From Dehalococcoidia bacterium (lineage in GTDB: Bacteria; Chloroflexota; Dehalococcoidia; Plut-88900): a DNA stretch of 64,000 bases. Shown here one piece after another: positions 9,574 through 20,039 of this stretch. The first letter of the stretch is position 1; each line of letters starts with the position of its first letter. The position numbers and the translations under genes are program-made. Location of the stretch: NCBI GenBank assembly GCA_965249275.1, contig CBDFLQ010000007.1, forward strand, positions 704,001-768,000, read 5' to 3'. The notes below the pieces were generated by a model. That model did not search any database and was not told the origin of the DNA. It worked only from the letters and a program-made list of their open reading frames with translations.

Positions 9574-10571
9574 GTGAATTGCTGGAACACGTAGAAGACA
9601 TCGGCGCAGCCACCTTCCTTGGCTCGCCCTACGTTGCCCTGGACAAAGTTGAGCGCGGGATGGTCGTCATCGGCGGAGCCCCCCACGACAGCACCCACAC
9701 CAGCCGCTTCGGCACCAGAATGGGCCCCCGAGGCATCAGGGAAGGCTCCCTCGCCATGGCCGACCGCATAAGCAGCGCAGGCCCCGACGGCATCCTTGAA
9801 GTCACATCCGGCAACCGGCTCACCACCCCCGCTTCCAACCGACTCGTAGACGTAGGCGACTACAACGTCTACCCATCCGACGTGATGAAGTCCACCGAGG
9901 GCATAGCCGGTGGAGTGGCAGAGGTGGTGCGTCGGGGCGGCTTTTCCGTCTGCCTGGGCGGCGACCACTACGTCGGCTACCCATCCTGTCTAGGCTACAC
10001 CCGAGCCGTCTCCGAGATGTCTCCGAAACCCAAGATTGGCTACATCCACATCGACGGCCACCTCGACTTCCGAGACGACACCCCCGTCTGGGGCAAGTAC
10101 AACCACGGCACCAACGCCCGCCGCATATCCGAGCTCGACCTCGTCAGCCCTTCCAACATGGTCTGGATCGGCATTCAGGGCTGGTCGGACGAGGAGCCCA
10201 TCAGTGCTATCGACTCCCAGGGAGGCCTCATCTTCACCGCCGCCGACGTTCTAAGGATTGGCCCCGAAGAGGTAGCCCGACGCGCAGGCGAGCGCGCTGC
10301 CGCCGGATGCGACTTCATCTATATGTCCGTCGACATCGACTTTATAGACACTGGCTTCTTCCCAGCCACCGGCTCCGTGGTCAACGACGCCATCACCCCC
10401 GACATCATGGCTACTATCCTTCGCGTCCTCTCTGCCTACCCAATAGGCGCCATGGATCTCGTCGAGGTATCTCCCCGCATCGACCCCTCAGGCCGTTCCA
10501 TGATTATGTCCACCGACCTCCTTCTCGCCCACGTGGCCCCCCGCATCTTCGACATTGCGCCAATGGGCTGA
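9570..10571 (+). CDS. Ureohydrolase paralog 5; intact metal site (close to paralog 3)
   Basis: GTG start overlaps the paralog 4 stop (GTGA); GGDHYVG, HIDGHLD, SVDIDFID, DLVEVSP. Confidence 0.9.
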   Translation: MSELLEHVEDIGAATFLGSPYVALDKVERGMVVIGGAPHDSTHTSRFGTRMGPRGIREGSLAMADRISSAGPDGILEVTSGNRLTTPASNRLVDVGDYNVYPSDVMKSTEGIAGGVAEVVRRGGFSVCLGGDHYVGYPSCLGYTRAVSEMSPKPKIGYIHIDGHLDFRDDTPVWGKYNHGTNARRISELDLVSPSNMVWIGIQGWSDEEPISAIDSQGGLIFTAADVLRIGPEEVARRAGERAAAGCDFIYMSVDIDFIDTGFFPATGSVVNDAITPDIMATILRVLSAYPIGAMDLVEVSPRIDPSGRSMIMSTDLLLAHVAPRIFDIAPMG

Positions 10572-10592
10572 CTCGCGTTAGGCCTCTTTTTT

Positions 10593-11270
10593 ATGGGTAT
10601 CCTTGATAAAATCCGGGGCCTCAGTTGGGTTGTAGGCTCCCGAAAGGGCGAAAAAGCCGTCAAAGAGGGGCGCTGGGAAGATGCCCTGGTTCACCTTGAT
10701 GAAGCCCTCGCCCTTAACTCAAAGGATGCCCACGCCTACTTCTACCGAGGTCTCGCCCACGGCGGGCTCGGCAACCTGAACGCCGCAATCCGGGACCTGA
10801 ACTCGGCCAAAAAGTTCGGCCCGCAAGACAGCGCTCTCCTCAGCAACCTCGGCACCTGCTACCTCAGGAAAGGGCATTTTTCCGCCGCGCTCAAGGAATA
10901 CAAGAAGGCCCTGAAAATAAATCCAAAGGACGCCCGAGCCCTGCTTAACGTAGGAATCGTCTATGCCAAACAGGCGGAAACAGCTCCGCCCAGGTCCGAG
11001 CCAAGGCTCACCGCCCGAGCCCTCGAGTCCCTGGACAAGGCCATTATCAGCGATCCAAATCTCCCGGAGGCCTACCACGAGAGGGCACTGCTCCTCGCCG
11101 ACAAAGACCGTCTGAACGAGGCCATAGAAGACCTAACTCGCGCAATCAACATGGACAATTCCTACACCGAAGCCTACCAAGACCGTGAAAGTCTTTACCG
11201 CCGGCTCGACAAGAGTGAAAAGGCGGGTGCGGACAAATCCACCCCTCGGGAGTTGGACCCCGGAACTTAG
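10593..11270 (+). CDS. Tetratricopeptide repeat protein
   Basis: Repeated AYFYRG/LSNLG/A..Y.KAL.INP TPR patterns. Confidence 0.88.
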   Translation: MGILDKIRGLSWVVGSRKGEKAVKEGRWEDALVHLDEALALNSKDAHAYFYRGLAHGGLGNLNAAIRDLNSAKKFGPQDSALLSNLGTCYLRKGHFSAALKEYKKALKINPKDARALLNVGIVYAKQAETAPPRSEPRLTARALESLDKAIISDPNLPEAYHERALLLADKDRLNEAIEDLTRAINMDNSYTEAYQDRESLYRRLDKSEKAGADKSTPRELDPGT

Positions 11271-11288
11271 CCGAGGCTCACCCGACCC

Positions 11289-12842
11289 CTACGCCTTCCC
11301 GTACTCCTCCCTTAACACACGCTTCAGCACTTTCCCCAATGGGTTACGGGGCAGCGAGTCGACGAAAATCACCGATTCCGGCTTCTTGAAGCTGGCCAGC
11401 TGGCCTCTGCAATGCTCGATTATGTCTGCTTCGGAGGCCTGAGCCCCGGCCTTTAGTGCCACTATCGCACGGACCGTTTCACCCCACTGCGGATCGGGCA
11501 CCCCGATAACCGCCGCCTCGTCGATGGCCGGATGCGAGTGCAGTGTCGCCTCCACCTGCTCCGGTGAGATGTTCTCCCCGGCCCGGATGATGATGTCTTT
11601 CGCCCGACCCGACAAGAAGATATACCCGGCCTCGTCCATGTAACCGATGTCCCCGGTATACAACCAGCCGTTACGGATTGTGTTGTTAGTTGCCTCGTCA
11701 GCCTTCCAGTAGCCCTTCATAACCCTCGGCCCCCGAGCCACGATCTCCCCAACCTCGTCCACCGGCTGCTCGCTCCCGTCCTCGTCGAATATCTTCACTT
11801 CCGTGTCACCCAGTGCTCGCCCTATGGACCCCAGCCTCTTCAGTTTGATCGCCCTCTCCCCCGGCGAACCCTCGATAACGTGGTCCTCCGGAGTCAGCAT
11901 CGTAATCGTAGACGCCGATTCCGTCTGCCCAAAGGCATTGATAAACCTCGTGCCGGGAAACACCTCGATAGCTTTTGTTATCACTTCCACGGGCATGGGG
12001 GCCGCGCCGTAGGTGATGACTTGCAAGCTGCTCAGGTTACGCTCGGGGAATTCTTCGTGTTCCATTAGCTGCTTAAGCATGGTCGGCACCATCATGGCCC
12101 GGGTCACGCTCTCCGACTCCACCAGCGTCATCCAGTCGCTCGGCTCAAACTGTCGCTGTACGACCAGGGTCCGGCCTCCATACACTGCGGCCAGCACCGC
12201 CTGCATTCCTGCTATGTGATACAAGGGCACGGTGAGAATGTTCTTCTCTTCGATATCCGGGTCGGCGGGGCTCACGTTGTTTAGCACGTAGGTCGCCAGG
12301 TTGTCGTGGGTCAACATCACACCTTTGGGCTGACCCGTAGTACCGGCGGTAAACATCAGGATGGAAGTGTCGTTGTCGTCTATGTCCGTGAACACCTCTT
12401 CGGGGTCCGCCTCGGCGATGACCGACTCATAGTCCAGCATTCCTTCCGCCGGCCCCTCCACCGATACCAAATTCTTCATTCCCGGAATCTGTTCTCGCAT
12501 CGAATTAATCATTTTGACGTAGCGCTGCCCCAAAAATAGCGCCGAGGCTTCCGAGAAATTGATCATGAACTCCAGCTCTTCGGCCCTGGCGCGGAAGTTG
12601 AGGGGCACGTAAGTCGCTCCCAGCTTCGCCGTTGCGAAGTAGACCTCAATGCATTCGTTGCAGTTGACCTGCAGCATTCCCACCTTGTCTCCCTGCCCCA
12701 CACCCATCCCCGCAAGCGCATTGGCCAGCCGGTTAGACCGATCAGCCAGGTCTGAGAAACTCCACCTGTTCCCTTCGAATATGATCGCTTCCCGGTCGGG
12801 ACATATGGAACTGGAGATAAGAAGAAATTCAGGCGTGTTCAT
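11289..12842 (-). CDS. Long-chain acyl-CoA ligase (AMP-binding, FadD-like)
   Basis: FTAGTTGQPKG, FGQTE, TGDIG, GRAKD, LPRNPLGKVLK. Confidence 0.93.
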   Translation of the reverse strand: MNTPEFLLISSSICPDREAIIFEGNRWSFSDLADRSNRLANALAGMGVGQGDKVGMLQVNCNECIEVYFATAKLGATYVPLNFRARAEELEFMINFSEASALFLGQRYVKMINSMREQIPGMKNLVSVEGPAEGMLDYESVIAEADPEEVFTDIDDNDTSILMFTAGTTGQPKGVMLTHDNLATYVLNNVSPADPDIEEKNILTVPLYHIAGMQAVLAAVYGGRTLVVQRQFEPSDWMTLVESESVTRAMMVPTMLKQLMEHEEFPERNLSSLQVITYGAAPMPVEVITKAIEVFPGTRFINAFGQTESASTITMLTPEDHVIEGSPGERAIKLKRLGSIGRALGDTEVKIFDEDGSEQPVDEVGEIVARGPRVMKGYWKADEATNNTIRNGWLYTGDIGYMDEAGYIFLSGRAKDIIIRAGENISPEQVEATLHSHPAIDEAAVIGVPDPQWGETVRAIVALKAGAQASEADIIEHCRGQLASFKKPESVIFVDSLPRNPLGKVLKRVLREEYGKA

Positions 12843-12900
12843 TCAAGCGTTCCCCTGTTTTCTAGGCTATGGGCCAATATTCTATCGCGCCCTTCAAGGA

Positions 12901-13647
12901 TTATCTATCGTTGACTCGCAGCAGCTCTCGGGCCAGCCCGACTTCCACCCCCAACCCCTCCCATAACGGCATGTCTAAACCCCGACGCATGGCTGCCTTC
13001 GCCGACCCAAGAGCCTCGGCCCCCGAGTTTAAGAACCCCAGGACCATCTCCTCACATCGCGCCGAAAGCCCGCCCTCCGGCGTAATTTCGCTGATTAGGC
13101 CCATCGAAAGGGCCCGCGTCGCGTTCATCCGCTCCGCTGTTAGTAAGGCCCATAGCGCCGCCCCCGAGCCCACGGTTCTTGGCAGAGTCTGAGTCGCCCC
13201 CGCCGCCGGGATGAACCCCAGCGAAGTCTCGGGCAATCCGAATATCGCATTCGGCGCCGCAATTCTTATGTCGCAGCAAAGAGCAAGCTCCAGCCCGGAC
13301 CCAAAAACGTACCCATGAAGAGCGGCTATCGTCGGTATTGGCAGGTCCATCAGCAACCCCCACACGTCCCGCTCCCACCGCACCTGCCGCGCAATCCTCT
13401 GCGACGGCGCAGTCCCGAACTCCGTGAGGTCCGCCCCCGCACAGAACGCCCTATCCCCCGCCCCCGAGATTACCAGTGCCCTCACATCCGGGTCGAGAGA
13501 GACCGCGGTCAACGCCTCGTACACGTCGTCCCGCATCTGCACATTGTACGCGTTAAGGACCCGTGGCCTGTTCAGCACGATCCGGGCCAAGGGCCCCTGC
13601 CTTTCGTAGATTACAGTCTCGAAGCTGCTCATGGAGTCGCTATTCAC
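12901..13647 (-). CDS. Enoyl-CoA hydratase/isomerase family protein
   Basis: LNRP, AFCAGADL, GSGLELALCCD, PETSLG. Confidence 0.92.
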   Translation of the reverse strand: MNSDSMSSFETVIYERQGPLARIVLNRPRVLNAYNVQMRDDVYEALTAVSLDPDVRALVISGAGDRAFCAGADLTEFGTAPSQRIARQVRWERDVWGLLMDLPIPTIAALHGYVFGSGLELALCCDIRIAAPNAIFGLPETSLGFIPAAGATQTLPRTVGSGAALWALLTAERMNATRALSMGLISEITPEGGLSARCEEMVLGFLNSGAEALGSAKAAMRRGLDMPLWEGLGVEVGLARELLRVNDR

Positions 13648-14404
13648 CGTGGAACTCGGGCTTTCGCTTCTCCAGGAACGACCTTATCCCCTCGGCCCGG
13701 TCCGCCGTCGACTGCAGGATTACCGTCAGGTCCTGCTCCAGCCTGAGGCCTTGGTCCAGAGTCATGTCCATGCCCTTGCCTATGGTTTCCTTGGCATATT
13801 CCAGCGCCACCGGAGCATGTCCCGCTATCTTATGCGCTAGGCCCAGGGCCTCGTCTTGGAGAGTGTCTTTAGCGAACACGGCATGTACCAGTCCCATGCC
13901 GAGGGCCTCCTCGGCTCCCACCGTCATCCCTGTCAAAACCATCGCCGCCCCCCGCCCCCTCCCGACCAGCCTTGGAAGCCGCTGCGTTCCCCCGTCCCAG
14001 GGCATCATCCCAAACCGGATCTGGTCCATTGCAATTACTGCCTCGTCGGATGCCACACGCAGATCGCATGCAAGAGCCAGCTCCAGCCCCAAACCTGATG
14101 CGTCCCCGTTTATCGCCGCGATGACCGGCATCGGCAGCCGAGCAATATGCCCCGAAGCTCCGATCATCCCCTCCCCACCCCCCTCTCGCAACTCCCTCAC
14201 CGCCTCTTCCGTCCCTCCGGAGAACATTGACCCCTCCCCCCTCACCACCACCACCCGAACGCTTCCCCCATCCACAATAGATTCACATGCCGCGCTCAAG
14301 TCCTCGGACATCTGCGCGTTCACGCGGTTCGACGCATCGTCCCCCTTCAATGTAACTAGGGCGACGGAGCCATTTAGTTGGAGGTTTATGTAACGGTATC
14401 GCAT
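13640..14404 (-). CDS. Enoyl-CoA hydratase/isomerase family protein
   Basis: IAAING..GLGLELALACD, GGTQRLPRLVG, EKRKPEF. Confidence 0.9.
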   Translation of the reverse strand: MRYRYINLQLNGSVALVTLKGDDASNRVNAQMSEDLSAACESIVDGGSVRVVVVRGEGSMFSGGTEEAVRELREGGGEGMIGASGHIARLPMPVIAAINGDASGLGLELALACDLRVASDEAVIAMDQIRFGMMPWDGGTQRLPRLVGRGRGAAMVLTGMTVGAEEALGMGLVHAVFAKDTLQDEALGLAHKIAGHAPVALEYAKETIGKGMDMTLDQGLRLEQDLTVILQSTADRAEGIRSFLEKRKPEFHGE

Positions 14405-14559
14405 CCTGAGAGCTCCAGCAGTTCGATGCCGGATGGATTGGGCGATTTTAGCACAGGGCTCGGGCCCAATGGCCTCGTTTCACCATCACTCTTCATTCAT
14501 GGACGCAAATATCCGGCTATGCTAAGCTTGACCTTCCAAAAGACCAGTAAACAGGGGGT

Positions 14560-15720
14560 GTGCCCTTGCAATTCGGATATTTTTCCGTTCTAGATAACCC
14601 TAGACTTGAAATTCCCTATAACCAGATCCTGACCGAGCTTTCCGAACAGACCCAAGCCGTCGAGCAGGCTGGATTCAACGGCGTGTGGCTCGGAGAACAT
14701 CACTTCGGAGGAGAGGGATATGACTGCATCCCCAACCCGCTGATGATTCTCTCCCACCTCGCTGCTCAGACCACCACCATCCGGCTGGGCCTTGCCGCCG
14801 TAATAGTACCCCAGTGGCACCCTCTCCGAATCGCCGAAGATGTCGCCATGCTCGACCAGCTAAGCGGCGGCCGCGTCGAGTGCGGTGTCGGACGAGGCAT
14901 CTTCCCCAGGGAACTCACCAACCTCAACATCGACGCCGACCGCCGCAATGACGCGAAGAACTGGCGTCTCTTCACCGAAACCGTAGAGATCATGAAACGG
15001 GCCTGGACCGAAGACCCCTTCACCTGGGACGGGGAGTTTTACAAGTTCCCCCATACCGGCGTCCAGGACAGCCACTCCTGGCTTCCCAGGGACCCGAGAT
15101 ACCGCTCCAAGACGGGCGAGTACATAGGCATGTCGATTCAGCCCAAACCCCTCCAGACTCCCACCCCTCCACTCTGGAACGTAGTCGACAAGACTCCCGG
15201 TTTTGTCGTCGCCGCCGAGCTCGGACTCAAGCCCATGACCTGGCTCCGCGCCCGCAACGGTCTCCGAGAGGCCTTCTCCACCTACCAGGAGGCCGCGACA
15301 CGCATCAACGGCCGGCCCATGGCTCTCGGTGAAGACTGCGCCCTTCTCCGCACCACCTTCGTCGCCGAGACCATGGAAGAGGCCCGCAGAATCGCCGAAG
15401 GACCTCTCAACCAGCTCTGCAAATATGTAGGGGGCGTCCGTGCCCGTTCCATCTACCTGGACCCGGGCGAAGAGCTTACCGACGAAGACAAAGCCAAGCC
15501 GTGGTTCGACTTCCTGATGGACAAGGACCACATTCTCATCGGCGACCCGGAGTTCGTCGCCGAGAAGATCCGGGGCATTGGGCGGGAGTACCAGCTTGAG
15601 AGCCTGTTAACCCTCATGGCTATGCCCGGCCTGGACCATCGCGACGTGATGCGCTCCATTGAGCTCTTCGCCGAGAAGGTCATTCCCCTCGTCGAGGCTC
15701 CACAGGCCGCCGTAGGTTAG
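14560..15720 (+). CDS. Luciferase-like (LLM class) flavin-dependent monooxygenase
   Basis: WLGEHHF, HPLRIAEDVAMLDQLSGGRVECGVGRG, PKPLQ. Confidence 0.93.
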   Translation: MPLQFGYFSVLDNPRLEIPYNQILTELSEQTQAVEQAGFNGVWLGEHHFGGEGYDCIPNPLMILSHLAAQTTTIRLGLAAVIVPQWHPLRIAEDVAMLDQLSGGRVECGVGRGIFPRELTNLNIDADRRNDAKNWRLFTETVEIMKRAWTEDPFTWDGEFYKFPHTGVQDSHSWLPRDPRYRSKTGEYIGMSIQPKPLQTPTPPLWNVVDKTPGFVVAAELGLKPMTWLRARNGLREAFSTYQEAATRINGRPMALGEDCALLRTTFVAETMEEARRIAEGPLNQLCKYVGGVRARSIYLDPGEELTDEDKAKPWFDFLMDKDHILIGDPEFVAEKIRGIGREYQLESLLTLMAMPGLDHRDVMRSIELFAEKVIPLVEAPQAAVG

Positions 15721-15730
15721 TGCGGCCGCG

Positions 15731-16441
15731 TTAGCCGAGCATCTCCAGCGCTTCCACGTGGCTCATGGATACGCACGTAAAAATAGGCGTGTCGCTAAGG
15801 GTGTAGGAGCTTGCCTCCGTCCCGCGCAGCTCCATCACTAGGTCCAGAAAGTCGGAGGGGCTGTCTGTTTCGAAGGACACCATGAACTCCTGGTCGTCCA
15901 GCCCGAAGGAATAGCTGGTATTTATCTTCACCGAAGGGTACTTGTGTCCCATGGTGATGTGGGAGTCCATCATCCGCTGCCGCGTTGCCTTCTCCAGGGC
16001 GTACCAGGCCCGAGTCTTCACGAACGGATAGACGAACAGGTACTTCGCCTCAGTCGGCCTGATCCTTAGCCTGCTTCCCTCTTGTCCCGGGTGCCGGTGC
16101 TTATCCGAGTATATCGACTTCCGGGTCATCGCAAGGTAGGAATACGGCGTCTCCAGGTGGCAACCCAGGCCCGTCGAAAGTAATGCCGAGGTCAGCTGCT
16201 GAATCGGCTCCAGCTGATCGCATGCGTTCCAGATCAGCAGGTCTGCATCTCCCCTGGTCCCGACGGTGCTGTAGCTCTTCACCATCATCCTGTCCGAAAA
16301 CTCGTCGAGAATCGCCAGGAACTGTCCCCTGCCCTGTGACTTTTCACCATCGGAAAGCCCGCGCCAAGACCTGTCGGCCTTGAAGAACGTGTATTTAACA
16401 TACGATCTGCCGCTATTACTATCGCTCACAATATCTCCCAT
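15731..16441 (-). CDS. Chlorite dismutase / coproheme decarboxylase (HemQ/ChdC) family protein
   Basis: YPFVKTRAWY, proximal His in HITMGH, SFGLDDQEF, DTPIFT. Confidence 0.88.
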   Translation of the reverse strand: MGDIVSDSNSGRSYVKYTFFKADRSWRGLSDGEKSQGRGQFLAILDEFSDRMMVKSYSTVGTRGDADLLIWNACDQLEPIQQLTSALLSTGLGCHLETPYSYLAMTRKSIYSDKHRHPGQEGSRLRIRPTEAKYLFVYPFVKTRAWYALEKATRQRMMDSHITMGHKYPSVKINTSYSFGLDDQEFMVSFETDSPSDFLDLVMELRGTEASSYTLSDTPIFTCVSMSHVEALEMLG

Positions 16442-16465
16442 CTATCTGTGCTGGCCCTCTCCCCC

Positions 16466-16557
16466 GTAGGGGCGGTTCGCGAACCGCCCGATGTCCCGCA
16501 CTGACGCTGCGCGAACCACCCGACTAGCCCCCCGTAGGGGCGGTTCGTGAACCGCCC
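16466..16557. repeat. Pair of GTAG-type REP palindromes (GTAGGGGCGGTTCGyGAACCGCCC)
   Basis: Direct copies at 16466-16489 and 16534-16557, each GTAG plus a hairpin. Confidence 0.8.
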
Positions 16558-16600
16558 GACGCCCCACTCTCACCCTGTCTAAGGGTTGTGTGGCGGTGGG

Positions 16601-16636
16601 GCCGCTCACCCTGAGGCCCTCGAAGGGTCGAGCGGT
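16601..16636. repeat. REP-like palindrome (CCGCTCACCCTGAG..TCGAAGGGTCGAGCGG)
   Basis: Same family as copies at ~20151 and ~48685 (inverted). Confidence 0.7.
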
Positions 16637-16755
16637 GGGGGATCGCTTTGTGTTGAGCGTCGCGCGCCTCACCCGCTGACAACGTTCGCAAAATGCCCTC
16701 ATTACTACCCGCAATTCTACACATCTCACCGCCCCCCGACCAAACCATCCCCGGC

Positions 16756-18972
16756 TCACAAATGCGGCCTCCCCACCCCAAACGCCTCCCCAATCACCCG
16801 TTCCAGCAAAACCCTGTCCCTCGCTCCGGATATTGCCGACACCGCCTCCCGCAACGTCTCCCGGTAGGCGTTCAGAAAGTCCCCGTCGACGTTTCCCATC
16901 AAGACTTCTATCCGGTACTTCTCGATTGCTCCATTCATCATCCTGCTCAATCTCCAGGCCCCATTTCTGCTGAGCAGACCAATAAGAAACTCCCCGTCTT
17001 GCTCTAATGAAATCCTCTGGTTCGGATACTCCCGAGACCTTTCCAGATCGTAGGCGAAGTAGGCCACCGACTCATACACCACCTCGTCCTCCCCCCGAGC
17101 CCTCAGCCCAGATACTATCTCCGCAGCAAGATCGGCATCAAAGTAGGAGATCCAATATATAAGCCGAGCCGGTGGCACCCGCACAGGCCCCGACTCCAAC
17201 ACTAGGTCCAACGTCGTCTCCATGTCTGCGCTCAGAATCTCCAACGCCTCCTCCGGCTTGTACGCTATAAACTCCGACACCCGCGGCTTCACTTCCCTGA
17301 TAATCGCCAGCGTTCCCTCCGGGTCACTTGACCCCCTTGCCGCTACTCTCTCATACGCCTCTTCATTCGCAGCCTTGTCGATTACAAAGTTCCCCGAGCT
17401 GTTTTCAAAAAGCGTCCTGAGTCCATCCGTGAACTCCCCCGACCCCGCGTCTCCCTTAATCCCCAGCGCATCGACAAGCTTCGCGGGCCGCAACCTCTGC
17501 CGAGCCTGGGCCGGGCTCAATTGGAGGAAATCCACCACGGCCTCATCACTTATGTTTTCCAGAATTGCCTCCGCTGCCTGCCTGTCGGTGCTGAAAAGCA
17601 GTTCCAGGATCGTATCCACATTCTGCTGCAATTTTGTCGGGTCGCTCAGCCCCAGCGATCTCACATGCTGCTCCAACGCCCGTGCCCCTGCACCCGGGTC
17701 CCCCTCCCCCGCCTCGAGGATCATCTCAACGTCACCAATATGATGACGCAGCTCCTCCACAAACGCTCCAGCTCCCTTCGGCAGGGCGTGTGATGCGACG
17801 TCTTCCTCCTCCGGTTCCAGAACCGCCAACAGCAGTCGATTGTCCAGGACCGGCAGGAAGTTGTAGAGGAAAGAGTCCTCTTCAAGTTGCTCGGTCAGAT
17901 ACTCAACCGCGTCGCCATGCCCCCGCCCCATCGCCGACTCCAGCGCCTCGAATGCAACCGCTATTGAGTCTTCAGTCCCGGCGCTCTCGTATTCCTCGAC
18001 CAAGCCCGGGTGCCGCTTGTGGATTGCGAACATCTCCCGCAGGTAGCTTCTCCAGAATGGAAAACCCCGGTCCACGTTTACCGCGTCCCTCAGGCTGTCA
18101 TCGTCGCTGAGCACTAAGTCAAACTGCTCTACGAAGTCGATTAGCCGTTGCCTCTCCTCCCCGACAAGTATGTCCCTCACCTTTTCGTCCAACCCCGACC
18201 CCTCACCCCTCCCCACCCCCGAGTATGCGGCCGTAGGTATGTGCGCAATCTGAAGATAGCCATCGGTTAGCCGTTTGTCCTCGGGATCCAGACCTGCGTA
18301 CCATCCCATCAAATCGGCCCATGTCCCATACCCTCCGTCAGACATGTATTGGTCGAAGTACTTCCTTAGAATGGGAGGGACCAAGCCCAGGTCTCCTGTC
18401 GTGAGCCTCGGAATGTCAGCTTCACCCGCGTGGGTCAGGTCCGGCAGCCGACCCTGGTTTAGGTTGGGAAAATTCCTGAATCGCTCCCTCAGGGGCTCGT
18501 ACCTGTCCGGGGGTTGGAGCATGAAGCGCCGCAAATCTTCGTGATACCGCGCCATCGCCGACGGTAAAGTTTCCCCTTCAGCCACTTCCCACGACAGCTC
18601 AGGGTGCCCGGTTACAGGAAATGCTCCCCAATAGGCGTGACCCAACTCATGCGCCACTACATCCGGCCTCGCCTGCCCCACCCCCGTGAAACCCCGGTAC
18701 CCCGTGCTCCCGTACCACGCCGGCTGCCCCTCCATCCGGCGAACGTCCAGGGAAGCAATCACGTCCCGACCCTCGGGTGTGATATTAAACAGCGTGAAGT
18801 ATGCGTCCAGCCGAGCCTGGACCCAGTCCGGCTCGTTATCCGTAGCCGCTACTGGTTGCCCACATGCTATAGACGCGGCCAGCACCAATGCCAGCGCCAG
18901 CAGCGCTGATGCTGTGAGGAGCGTCCTTGGCCCGGACCCCGACTTCGGACCGCGCCCGCGGCCTTTGGTCAA
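16756..18972 (-). CDS. Putative lipoprotein with HExxH zinc-metallopeptidase motif
   Basis: Basic N-terminus, hydrophobic stretch and IAC lipobox-like site; VAHELGHAYW; long acidic helical C-terminal region. Confidence 0.75.
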   Translation of the reverse strand: MTKGRGRGPKSGSGPRTLLTASALLALALVLAASIACGQPVAATDNEPDWVQARLDAYFTLFNITPEGRDVIASLDVRRMEGQPAWYGSTGYRGFTGVGQARPDVVAHELGHAYWGAFPVTGHPELSWEVAEGETLPSAMARYHEDLRRFMLQPPDRYEPLRERFRNFPNLNQGRLPDLTHAGEADIPRLTTGDLGLVPPILRKYFDQYMSDGGYGTWADLMGWYAGLDPEDKRLTDGYLQIAHIPTAAYSGVGRGEGSGLDEKVRDILVGEERQRLIDFVEQFDLVLSDDDSLRDAVNVDRGFPFWRSYLREMFAIHKRHPGLVEEYESAGTEDSIAVAFEALESAMGRGHGDAVEYLTEQLEEDSFLYNFLPVLDNRLLLAVLEPEEEDVASHALPKGAGAFVEELRHHIGDVEMILEAGEGDPGAGARALEQHVRSLGLSDPTKLQQNVDTILELLFSTDRQAAEAILENISDEAVVDFLQLSPAQARQRLRPAKLVDALGIKGDAGSGEFTDGLRTLFENSSGNFVIDKAANEEAYERVAARGSSDPEGTLAIIREVKPRVSEFIAYKPEEALEILSADMETTLDLVLESGPVRVPPARLIYWISYFDADLAAEIVSGLRARGEDEVVYESVAYFAYDLERSREYPNQRISLEQDGEFLIGLLSRNGAWRLSRMMNGAIEKYRIEVLMGNVDGDFLNAYRETLREAVSAISGARDRVLLERVIGEAFGVGRPHL

Positions 18973-18977
18973 CCCAT

Positions 18978-19967
18978 CTACGCCTTTGCGCCCCGGACTT
19001 CGGGGTTGGGCGTGTTCGGCAGCGGCTCCCCATTCAGGCCCGCCATCAAGTTGTCGACGGCCATCAGGGACATTTTGGTGCGCGTCACCACGCTCCCGCT
19101 CGCAATGTGCGGAGCAATGATCACGTTCTCCAGGGTAAGCAGTGGGTCATCCATCGAGATAGGCTCTACCTCCGTCACATCCAGCCCCGCCGCTCCTATC
19201 GTCCCATCCTTCAGCGCATGGTATAGCGCCGTCTGATCGACAACCGGGCCCCTCGAAGTGTTCACCAGCACCGCCGTCGACTTCATCCCCGCAAGGGTGT
19301 CTGCATTTATAAGGTGCCGAGTCTCGGGAGTGAGGTTCACATGAATGCTTACGAAGTCGGACTGAGCAAGGAGTTCCTTAACGTCCGAGCAGTATGTCGC
19401 CCCGTACTCTTTTTCCCTCTCCTCGTTGCGAATCACGTCGTAGTAGACGATGTTCATCCCGAACCCCTTGGCCCGCTTCGCCATCTCCACCCCTATCCGC
19501 CCAAACCCGATTATCCCCAGCGTAGACCCGTGGATGTCCTGCCCCAGCAGCACCATCGGGCCCCAGGTCTTCCAGTTTCCGGCTCTCGTGTACCTGTCTC
19601 CTTCCGACACCCGGCGGCCAGCCGCCATAAGCAACGCAAAGGCGAAGTCCGCAGTCGTCTCGGTCAGAACTCCCGGCGTGTTCCCCACCGGGATACCCCG
19701 CTTGGTCGCCTCAGCTACGTCAATGTTGTCGAATCCGACAGCCATGTTGCTCACAACCCGCAGATTGGGCGCGGCATCAAAAAGCTCTGCGTCAATCTTC
19801 TCGGTCAGCAGGCAGAACAACCCGTCTATGTCCTGGACTTCCCGAAGAAGTTCCTCCCGAGAGGGCGGCATCTCCGAGTCCCAGTATTTCATGTCGGTCG
19901 CCTCTCTTAGACGGTCGACAGCCTCATCGAATATCTGTCTTGTAACGTAAATCTTGGGTTTGGCCAT
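18978..19967 (-). CDS. gyaR: Glyoxylate/hydroxypyruvate reductase (D-glycerate dehydrogenase)
   Basis: [42 protein letters not shown]; ATG at 19967 after GGAGG. Confidence 0.88.
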   Translation of the reverse strand: MAKPKIYVTRQIFDEAVDRLREATDMKYWDSEMPPSREELLREVQDIDGLFCLLTEKIDAELFDAAPNLRVVSNMAVGFDNIDVAEATKRGIPVGNTPGVLTETTADFAFALLMAAGRRVSEGDRYTRAGNWKTWGPMVLLGQDIHGSTLGIIGFGRIGVEMAKRAKGFGMNIVYYDVIRNEEREKEYGATYCSDVKELLAQSDFVSIHVNLTPETRHLINADTLAGMKSTAVLVNTSRGPVVDQTALYHALKDGTIGAAGLDVTEVEPISMDDPLLTLENVIIAPHIASGSVVTRTKMSLMAVDNLMAGLNGEPLPNTPNPEVRGAKA

Positions 19968-20039
19968 CAATGACCTCCGGCGAAAGTATTGGGCTATTCT
20001 ACCTTTCGCCATTCCCCTTTGCTACCACCCACCCCCGAG

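Noticed and set aside
16466-16640. CRISPR-like repeats
   Set aside because: Only two copies of a GTAG palindrome, no regular spacer array, and no cas genes.
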